Assembly (NCBI GenBank): GCA_964016885.1
Contig: OZ024757.1
Span: forward strand, 3,224,001-3,288,000
Direction of reading: 5' to 3'
Length of the DNA: 64,000 nt
Source of the DNA: Eledone cirrhosa
Taxonomy: Eukaryota
Positions 1-10,700 of this stretch are shown one piece after another. Below the pieces are notes generated by a model. That model had not been told where the DNA came from and did no database searches. It worked only from the letters and a program-made list of their open reading frames with translations. The first letter of the stretch is position 1, and every line of letters begins with the position of its first letter. The position numbers and the translations under genes are program-made.

Positions 1-3000
1 CTTTCCTGAGACATTCCCGCCACCAATCTGTAGTATCAGCGTTGTGATCTCTCAATTCAGAGATTCTTTTCTCAGACATTCTAACCACATTTCTATAGTA
101 TCATAGCTGTGATCTCTCAATTTAGAGATTCTTTCCTGAGGCATTCTAACCACATGTCTATAGCATCAGAGCTGTGATCTCTCAATTCAGAGATTCTTTC
201 TTGAGACATTCTAACCTCATGTCTGTAATATCAGAGCTGTGATCTCTCAATTTAGAGATTCTTTCCTGAGACATTCTAACCACATATCTATAGTATTAGA
301 GCTGTGATCTCTCAATTCAAAGATTCTTTCCAGAGATATTCTAACCACATGTCTGTAGGATCAGAGCCGTGATCTCTCAATTCAGAGATTCCTTCATGAG
401 ACATTCTAACCACATGTCTATAGTATCAGATCTGTGATCTCTCAATTCAGAGATTCTTTCCTGAGACATTCTAACCACATGTCTGTAGTATCAGAGCTGT
501 GATCTCTCAATCCAGAGATTCTTTCTTGAGACATTCTAACCACATGTATGTAGTATCAGAGCTGTGATCTCTCAATTCAGAGATTCTTACCTGCGACATT
601 CTAACCACATGTCTATAGTATCAGAGCTGTGATCTCTCAATTTAGAGATTCTTTCCTGAGACATTCTAACCACATGTCTGTAGTATCAGAGCTGTGATCT
701 CTCAATTCAGAGATTCTTTCCTGAGACATTCTAACCACATGTCTGTAGTATCAGAGCTGTGATCTCTCAATTTAGAGATTCTTTCCTGAGACATTCTAAC
801 CACATATCTATAGTATTAGAGCTGTGATCTCTCAATTCAAAGATTCTTTCCTGAGACATTCTAACCACATGTCTGTAGTATCAGAGCTGTGATATCTCAA
901 TTTAGAAATTCTTTCCTGAGTCATTCTAAACACATATTTATAGTATTAGAGCTGTGATCTCTCAATTCAAAGATTCTTTCCTGAAACATTCTAACCACAT
1001 GTCTATAGTATCAGAGCTGTGATCTCTCAATTCAGAGATTCTTTCCTGAGACATTCTAACCACATGTCTGTAGTATCAGAGGTGTGATCTCTCAATTCAG
1101 AGATTCTTTACTGAGACATGCTAACCACATGTCTGTAGTATCAGTGCTGTGATCTCTCAATTCAGAGATTCTTTCCTGAGACATTCTAACCACACGTCTG
1201 TAGTATCAGAGCTGTGATCTCTCAACTTAGAGATTCTTTCCTGAGACATTCTAACCACATGTCTTCAGTATTAGAGCTGTGATCTCTCAATCCAGAGATT
1301 CTTTCCTGACACATTCTAACCACATATCTATAGTATTAGAGCTGTGATCTCTCAATTCAAAGATTCTTTCCAGAGATATTCTTACCACATGTCAGTAGTA
1401 TCAGAGCTCTGATCTCTCAATTCAGAGATTCTTTCCTGAGACATTCCCGCCACCAATCTGTAGTATCAGCGTTGTGATCTCTCAATTCAGAGATTCTTTT
1501 CTCAGACATTCTAACCACATTTCTATAGTATCATAGCTGTGATCTCTCAATTTAGAGATTCTTTCCTGAGGCATTCTAACCACATGTCTATAGCATCAGA
1601 GCTGTGATCTCTCAATTCAGAGATTCTTTCCTGAGACATTCTAACCACATGTCTATAGTATCAGAGCTGTGATCTCTCAATTCAGAGATTCTTTCCTGAG
1701 ACATTCCCGCCACCAATATGTAGTATCAGCGTTGTGATCTCTCAATTCAGAGATTCTTTTCTCAGACATTCTAACCACATTTTTATAGTATCAGAGCTGT
1801 GATCTCTCAATTTAGAGATTCTTTCCTGAGGCATTCTAACCACATGTCTATAGCATCAGAGCTGTGATCTCTCAATTCAGAGATTCTTTCCTGAGACATT
1901 CTAACCACATGTCTGTAGTATCAGAGCTGTGATCTCTCAATTCAGAGATTCTTTCCTGAGACATGCTAACCACATGTCTGTAGTATCAGAGCTGTGATCT
2001 TTCAATTCAGAGATTCTTTCCTGAGACATTCTAACCACATGTCTGTAGTATCAGGGCTGTGATCTCTCAATTCACAGAATCTTTCCAGAGGTATTCTTAC
2101 CACATGTCAGTAGTATCAGAGCTGTGATCTCTCAATTCAGAGATTCTTTCCTGAGACATTCCCGCCACCAATCTGTAGTATCAGCGTTGTGATATCTCAA
2201 TTTAGAGATTCTTTTCTCAGACATTCTAACCACATTTCTATAGTATCAGAGCTGTGATCTCTCAATTTAGAGATTCTTTCCTGAGGCATTCTACCCACAT
2301 GTCTATAGCATCAGAGCTGTGATCTCTCAATTCAGAGATTCTTTCCTGAGACATTCTAACCACATGTCTGTAGTATCAGAGCTGTAATCTCTCAATTCAG
2401 AGATTCCTTCCAGAGACATTCTAACTACATGTCTATAGTATCAGAGCTGTGATCTCTCCATTCAGAGATTCTTTCCTGAGACATTCTAACCACATATCTA
2501 TAGTATTAGAGCTGTGATCTCTCAATTCAAAGATTCTTTCCAGAGATATTCTTACCACATGTCTGTAGTATCAGAGCTGTGATCTCTCAATCCAGAGATT
2601 CTTTCCTGAGACGTTGTAACCCCATATCTATAGTATTAGAGCTGTGATTTCTGAATTCAAAGATTCTTTCCAGAGATATTCTTACCACATGTCTGTATTA
2701 TCAGAGCTGTGATCTCTCAATTCAGAGATTCTTTCCTGAGACATTCTAACCACATGTCTGTAGTATCAGAGCTGTGATCTCTTAATTCAGAGATTCTTTC
2801 CTGCGACATTCTAACCACATGTCTGTAGTATCAGAGCTGTGATCACTCAATTCAGAGATTCTTTCCTTAGACATTCTAACCACATGTCTGTAGTATCAGA
2901 GGTGTGATCGCTCAATTCAAAGATTCTTTCCTGAGACATTCTAACTACATGTCTGTAGTATCAGAGCTGTAATCTCTCAATTCAGAGATTCTTTCCAGAG

Positions 3001-6000
3001 ACATTCTACCCACATGACCATAGTATCAGAGCTGTGATCTCTCAATTCAGAGATTCCTTCCAGAGACATTCTAACCACATATCGATAGTATCAGAGCTGT
3101 GATCTCTCCATTCAGAGATTCTTTCCTGAGACATTCTAACCACATGTCTTCAGTATTAGAGCTGTGATCTCTCAATCCACAGATTCTTTCCTGAGTCATT
3201 CTAACCACATATCTATAGTATTAGAGCTGTGATCTCTCAATTCAAAGATTCTTTCCAGAGATATTCTTACCACATGTCTGTAGTATCAGCGCTGTGATCT
3301 CTCAATTCAGAGATTCTTTCCTGAGACATTCTAACCACATGTCTATAGTATCAGAGCTGTGATCTCTCAATTCAGAGATTCTTTCCTGAGACATTCTAAC
3401 CACATGTCTGTAGTATCAGAGGTGTGATCTCTCAATTCAGAGATTCTTTCCTGAGACATTCTAACCACATGTCTGTAGTATCAGAGCTGTGATCTCTCAC
3501 TCTAGAGATTCTTTCTTGAGACATTCTAACCACATGTCTGTAGTATCAGAGCTGTGATCTCTCAATTCAGAGATTCTTTCCTGCGACATTCTAACCTCAT
3601 TTCTGTAGTATCAGAGCTGTGATCTCTCAATTCAGAGATTCTTTCCTGAGACATTCTATCCCCATGTCTCTAGTATCAGAGCTGTGATCTCTCAATTCAG
3701 AGATTCTTTGCTGCGACATTCTAACCACATGTCTGTAGTATCAGAGCTGTGATCACTCAATTCAGAGATTCTTTCCTGAGACATTCTAACCACATGTCTG
3801 TAGTATCAGAGCCTTGATCTCTCAATTCAGAGTTTCTCTTCGGAGACATTCTAACCAAATGTCTGTAGTATCAGCGCTGTGATATCCCAATTCAGAGATT
3901 CTTTCCTCAGACATTCTAAACAGATGCCTGTAGTGTCAGAGCTGTGATCTCTCAACTCAGAGATTCTTTCCTGAGACATCCTAACCACATGTCTGTACTA
4001 TCAGAGCTGTGATCTCTCAATTCAGAGATTCTTTCTTGAGACATTCTAACCACATGTCTGTAGTATCAAAGCTGTGATTTCTCAATTCAGAGAATCTTTC
4101 CAGCGACATTCTATACACATGTCTGTAGTATCAGGGCTGTGATCTCTCAATTCAGAGATTCTTTCCTGAGACATTCTAACCACATGTCTGTAGTATCAGA
4201 GGTATGATCGCTCAATTCAAAGATTCTTTCCTGAGACATTCTAACTAAATGTCTGTAGTATCAGAGCTGTAATCTCTCAATTCAGAGATTCTTTCCAGAG
4301 ACATTCTAACCACATGACCATATTATCAGAGCTGTGATCTCTCAATTCAGAGATTCTTTCCAGAGACATTCTAACCACATGTCTATAGTATCAGAGCTGT
4401 GATCTCTCCATTCAGAGATTCTTTCCTGAGACATTCTAACCACATATCTGTAGTATCAGAGCTGTGATCTCTCAATTCAGAGATTCTTTCCAGAAACATT
4501 CTAACCACATATCTGTAGTATCAGAGCTGTGATCTCTCAATTCAGAGATTCTTTCCTGAGATATTCTAACCACATATCTGTAGTATCAGAGCTGTGATCA
4601 CTCAATTCAGAGATTCTTTTCTCAGACATTCTAACCAGATGTCTGTAGTATCAGAGCTGTGATCTCTCAATCCAGAGATTCTTCCCAGAGACATTCTAAT
4701 CACATGACTGTGGTATCAGAACTGTGATCTCTCAATTCAGAGATTCTTTCCAGAGACATTCTAAACACATGTCTATAGTATCAGAGCTCTGATCTCTCTA
4801 TACAGAGATTCTTTCCTGACACATTCTAACCACATGTCTGTAGTATCAGAGCTGTGATCTCTCAATTCAGAGATTCTTTCCTGAGACATTCTAACCACAT
4901 GTCTATAGTATCAGAGCTGTGATCTCTCAATTCAGAGATTCTTTCCTGAGACATTCTAACCACATGTCTGTAGTATCAGAGGTGTGATCTCTCAATTCAG
5001 AGATTCTTTCCTGAGACATTCTAACCACATGTCTGTAGTATCAGAGCTGTGATCTCTCAATCCAGAGATTCTTTCTTGAGACATTCTAACCACATGTCTG
5101 TAGTATCAGAGCTGTGATCTCTCAATTCAGAGATACATTCCTGCGACATTCTAACCACATGTCTGTAGTATCAGAGCTGTGATCTCTCAATTCAGAGATT
5201 CTTTCCTGAGACATTCTAACCACATATCTGTAGTATCAGAGCTGTGATCACTCAATTCAGAGATTCTTTTCTCAGATATTCTAACCACATATCTATAGTA
5301 TCAGAGCTGTGATCTCTCAATTCAGAGATTCTTTTCAGAGACATTCTAACCTCATGTCTGTAGTATCAAATCTGTGATATCCCAATTCAGAGATTCTTTC
5401 CTGAGACATTCTAACCACATGTCTGTAGTATCAGAGCTGTGATCTCTCAATCCAGAGATTCTTTCCAAAGACATTCTAATCACATGACTGTGGTATCAGA
5501 ACTGTGATCTCTCAATTCAGAGTTTCTTTCCTGAGACATTCTAACCACATGCCTATAGTATCAGAGCTGTGATCTCTCCATACAGAGATCCTTTCCTGAC
5601 ACATTCTAACCACATGTCTGTAGTATCAGAGGTGTGATCTCTCAATTCAGAGATTCTTTCCTAAGACATTCTAACCACATGTCTATAGTATCAGAGCTGT
5701 GATCTCTCAATTCAGAGATTCTTTCCTGAGACATTCTAACCACATGTCTGTAGTATCAGAGGTGTGATCTCTCAATTCAGAGATTCTTTCCTGAGACATT
5801 CTAACCACATGTCTGTAGTATCAGAGCTGTGATCTCTCAATCCAGAGATTCTTTCTTGAGACATTCTAACCACATGTCTGTAGTATCAGAGCTGTGATCT
5901 CTCAATTCATAGATTCTTTGCTGCTACATTCTAACCACATGTCTGTAGTATCAGAGCCTTGATCTCTCAATTCAGAGTTTCTTTTCGGAGACATTCTAAC

Positions 6001-7799
6001 CACATATCTGTAGTATCAGCGCTGTGATATCCCAATTCAGAGATTCTTTCCTCAGACATTCTAAACAGATGCCTGTAGTATCAGAGCTGTGATCTCTCAA
6101 TTCAGAGATTCTTTCCTGAGACATTCTACCCACATGACTGTGGTATCAGAGCTGTGATCTCTCATTTCAGAGATTCTTTCCTGAGACATTCTAACCACAT
6201 GTCTGTACTATCAGAGGTGTGATCTCTCAATTCAGAGATTCTTTCCTGAGACATCCTAACCACATGTCTGTACTATCAGAGCTGTGATCTCTCAATTCAG
6301 AGATTCTTTCTTGAGACATTCTAACCACATGTCTGTAGTATCAGAGCTGTGATATCTCAATTCAGAGAATCTTTCCTGCGACATTCTAACCACATGTCTG
6401 TAGTATCAGGGCTGTGATCCCTCAATTCAGAGATTCTTTCCTGAGACATTCTAACCACATGTCTGTAGTATCAGAGGTGTGATCGCTCAATTCAAAGATT
6501 CTTTCCTGAGACATTCTAACTACATGTCTGTAGTATCAGAGCTGTAATCTCTCAATTCAGAGATTCTTTCCAGAGACGTTCTAACCACATGACTGTAGTA
6601 TCAGAGCTGTGATCTCTCATTTCAGAGATTCTTTCCCAAGATATTCTAAACACATATCTATAGTATCACGGCTGTGATCTCTCATTTCAGAGATTCTTTC
6701 CCAAGATATTCTAAACACATATCTATAGTATCAGGGCTGTGATCTCTCAATTCAGAGATTCTTTCCTGAGACATTCTACCCACATATCTGTAGTATCAGC
6801 GCAGTGATCTCTCAATCCAGAGATTCTTTCCCAAGATATTCTAACCACATTTCTATAGTATCAAAGCTGTGATCTCTCAATTCAGAGATTCTTTCCTGAG
6901 ACATTCTAACCACATGTCTGTTGTATCAGAGCTGTGATCTCTCAATTTAGAGATTCTTTCCTGAGACATTCTAACCACATGTCTTCAGTATTAGAGCTGT
7001 GATCTCTCAATCCAGAGATTCTTTCCTGAGACATTCTAACCACATGTCTTTAGTATCAGAGGTGTGATCGCTCAATTCAAAGATTCTTTCCTGAGACATT
7101 CTAACTATATGTCTGTAGAATCAGAGCTGTAATCTCTCAATTCAGAGATTCTTTCCAGAGACATTCTAACCACAGGACATAGTATCAGAGCTGTGATCTC
7201 TGAATTCAGAGATTCCTTCCAGAGACATTCTAACCACATGTCTATAGTATCAGAGCTGTGATCTCTCAATTCAGAGATTCTTTCCTGAGACATTCTAATC
7301 ACATATCTGTAGTATCAAAGCTGTGATCCCTCAATTCAGAAATTCTTTCCTGAGACATTCTAACCACATGGCTGTAGTATCAGAGCTGTGATCTCTCAAT
7401 TCAGAGATTCTTTTCTCAGATATTCTAACACCATATCTATAGTATCAGAGCTGTGATCTCTCAATTCAGAGATTCTTTCCTGAGACATTCTAAACACATA
7501 TCTGTAGTATCAAAGCTGTGATCACTCAATTCAGAGATTCTTTCCTGAGACATTCTAACCACATGGCTGTAGTATCAGAGCTGTGATCTCTCAATTCAGA
7601 GATTCTTTACTCAGATATTCTAACCCCATATCTATAGTATCAGAGCTGTGATCTCTCAAATCAAAGATTCTTTCCTGAGACATTCTAATCACATGTCTTC
7701 AGTATTAGAGCTGTCATCTCTCAATCCAGAGATTCTTTCCTGAGACATTCTAACCACATGTCTGTAGTATCAGAGCTGTGATCTCTCAATTCACAGATT

Positions 7800-10700
7800 C
7801 TTTCCTGCGACATTCTAACCACATGTCTGTAGTATCAGAGTGTGATCTCTTAATTCAGAGATTCTTTCCTGCGACATTCTAACCACATGTCTGTAGTATC
7901 AGAGTGTGATCTCTTAATTCAGAGATTCTTTCCTGAGACATTCTAACCCCATGTCTATATTATCAGAGCTGTGATCTCTCAATTCAGAGATTCTTTCCTG
8001 AGACGCTCTAACCACATGTCTGTAGTATCAGAGGTTTGATCTCTCAATTCAGAGATTCTTTCCTGAGACATTCAAACCACATGTCTGTAGTATCAGAGCT
8101 GTGATCTCTCAATTCAGAGATTCTTTCCTGTGACATTCTAACCACATGTCTGTAGTATCAGAGCTGTGATCTATTAATTCAGAGATTCTTTCCTGAGACA
8201 TTCTAACCACATGTCTATTGTATCAGAGCGGTGATCTCTCAATTCAGAGATTATTTCCTCAGACATTCTAACCACATGTCTGTAGTATCAAAGCTGTGAT
8301 CTATCAATTCAGAGATTGTTTCCTGAGACATTCTAACCACATGTCTGTAGTATCAGAGCTGTGATCTCTCAATCCAGAGATTCTTTCCTGAGACATTCTA
8401 AACACATGTCTGTAGTATCAGAGCTGTGATCTCTCAATTCAGAGATTCTTTCCTGAGACATTCTAACCACATGTCTATAGTATCAGAGCTGTGATCTCTC
8501 AACTCAGAGATTCTTTCCTGAGACATTCTAACAACATGTCTTTAGTATCAGAGGTGTGATCGCTCAATTCAAAGATTCTTTCCTGAGACATTCTAAATAT
8601 ATGTCTGTAGAATCAGAGCTGTAATCTCTCAATTCAGAGATTCTTTCCAGAGACATTCTAACCACAGGACATAGTATCAGAGCTGTGATCTCTCAATTCA
8701 GAGATTCCTTCCAGAGACATTCTAACCACATATCTATAGTATCAGAGCTGTGATCTCTCCATTCAGAGATTCTTTCCTGAGACATTCTAACCACATGTCT
8801 ATAGTATCAGAGCTGTGATCTCTCCATTCAGAGATTCTTTCCTGAGACATTCTAACCACATGGCTGTAGTATCAGAGCTGTGATCTCTCAATTCAGAGAT
8901 TCTTTTCTCAGATATTCTAACCCCATATCTATAGTATCAGAGCTGTGATCTCCCAAATCAAAGATTCTTTCCAGAGATATTCTTATCATATTTCTGTAGT
9001 ATCAGATCTCTGATCTCTCAATTCAGAGATTCTTTCCTGAGACATTCTAACCACATGTCTGTAGTATCAGAGCTGTGATCTCTCAATTCAGAGATTCTTT
9101 CCTGAGACATTCTAACCACATGTCTGTAGTATCAGAGGTGTGATCTCTCAATTCAGAGATTCTTTCCTGAGACATTCTAACCACATGTCTGTAGTATCAG
9201 AGCTGTGATCTCTCAATCCAGAGATTCTTTCTTCAGACATTCTAACCACATGTCTGTAGTATCAGAGCTGTGATCTCGCAATTCAAAGATACATTCCTGC
9301 GACATTCTAACCACATGTCTGTAGTATCAGAGCTGTGATCTCTCAATTCAGAGATTCTTTCCTGAGACATTCTAACCACATATCTGTAGTATCAGAGCTG
9401 TGATCACTCAATTCAGAGATTCTTTTCTCAGACATTCTAACCACATATCTATAGTATCAGAGCTGTGATCTCTCAATTCAGAGATTCTTTTCAGAGACAT
9501 TCTAACCTCATGTCTGTAGTATCAAATCTGTGATATCCCAATTCAGAGATTCTTTCCTCAGACATTCTAACCAGATGTCTGTAGTATCAGAGCTGTGATC
9601 TCTCAATCCAGAGATTCTTTCCAGAGACATTCTAATCACATGACTGTGGTATCAGAACTGTGATCTCTCAATTCAAAGATACTTTCCAGAGACATTCTAA
9701 CCACATGCCTATAGTATCAGAGCTGTGATCTCTCCATACAGAGATCCTTTCCTGACACATTCTAACCACATGTCTGTAGTATCAGAGCTGTGATCTCTCA
9801 ATTCAGAGATTCTTTCCTGAGACATTCTAACCACATGTCTATAGTATCAGAGCTGTGATCTCTCAATTCAGAGATTCTTTCCTGAGACATTCCCACCACC
9901 AATCTGTAGTATCAGCGTTGTGATCTCTCAATTCAGAGATTCTTTCTTGAGACATTCTAACCACATGTCTGTAGTATCAGAGCTGTGATCTCTCAATTCA
10001 GAGATTCTTTCCTGAGACATTCTAACCACATATCTATAGTATCAGAGCTGTGATCTCTCAATTCAGAGATTCTTTCCTGAGACATTCTAACCACATGTCT
10101 GTAGTATCAGAGGTGTGATCTCTCAATTCAGAGATTCTTTCCTGAGACATTCTAACCACATGTCTGTAGTATCAGAGCTGTGATCTCTCAATCCAGAGAT
10201 TCTTTCTTGAGACATTCTAAACACATGTCTGTAGTATCAGAGCTGTGATCTCTCAATTCAGAGATTCTTTGCTGCTACATTCTAACCACATGTCTGTAGT
10301 ATCAGAGCCTTGATCTCTCAATTCAGAGTTTCTTTTCGGAGACATTCTAACCACATGTCTGTAGTATCAGCGCTGTGATATCCCAATTCAGAGATTCTTT
10401 CCTCAGACATTCTAAACAGATGCCTGTAGTATCAGAGCTGTGATCTCTCAATTCAGAGATTCTTTCCTGAGACATTCTACCCACATGACTGTGGTATCAG
10501 AGCTGTGATCTCTCATTTCAGAGATTCTTTCCTGAGACATTCTAACCACATGTCTGTACTATCAGAGGTGTGATCTCTCAATTCAGAGATTCTTTCCTGA
10601 GACATCCTAACCACATGTCTGTACTATCAGAGCTGTGATCTCTCAATTCAGAGATTCTTTCTTGAGACATTCTAACCATATGTCTGTAGTATCAGAGCTG

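Noticed and set aside
16-27. CCCGCC GC-box, GCCACC Kozak-like and CCAAT motifs in a variant monomer
   Set aside because: These are short overlapping matches with no adjacent ATG or gene, and are explained as a satellite variant.
666-676. CTAACC telomere-like hexamer and overlapping AACCACA (RUNX-like), TAACCA (MYB-like) and CACATG (E-box) motifs in each monomer
   Set aside because: These are single 6-7 bp matches in a 65-mer, expected by chance across many motif libraries. There are no tandem telomeric repeats, and the host taxon is unknown.
7105-7302. 65-aa minus-strand ORF (also 20038-20235 and 24980-25177)
   Set aside because: It is a translation of three satellite monomers. It is open only because the GAATTC variant removes the consensus TGA and a 1-bp deletion shifts the frame. 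The three ORFs are copies of one duplicated block, and I recognise no domain or gene context.
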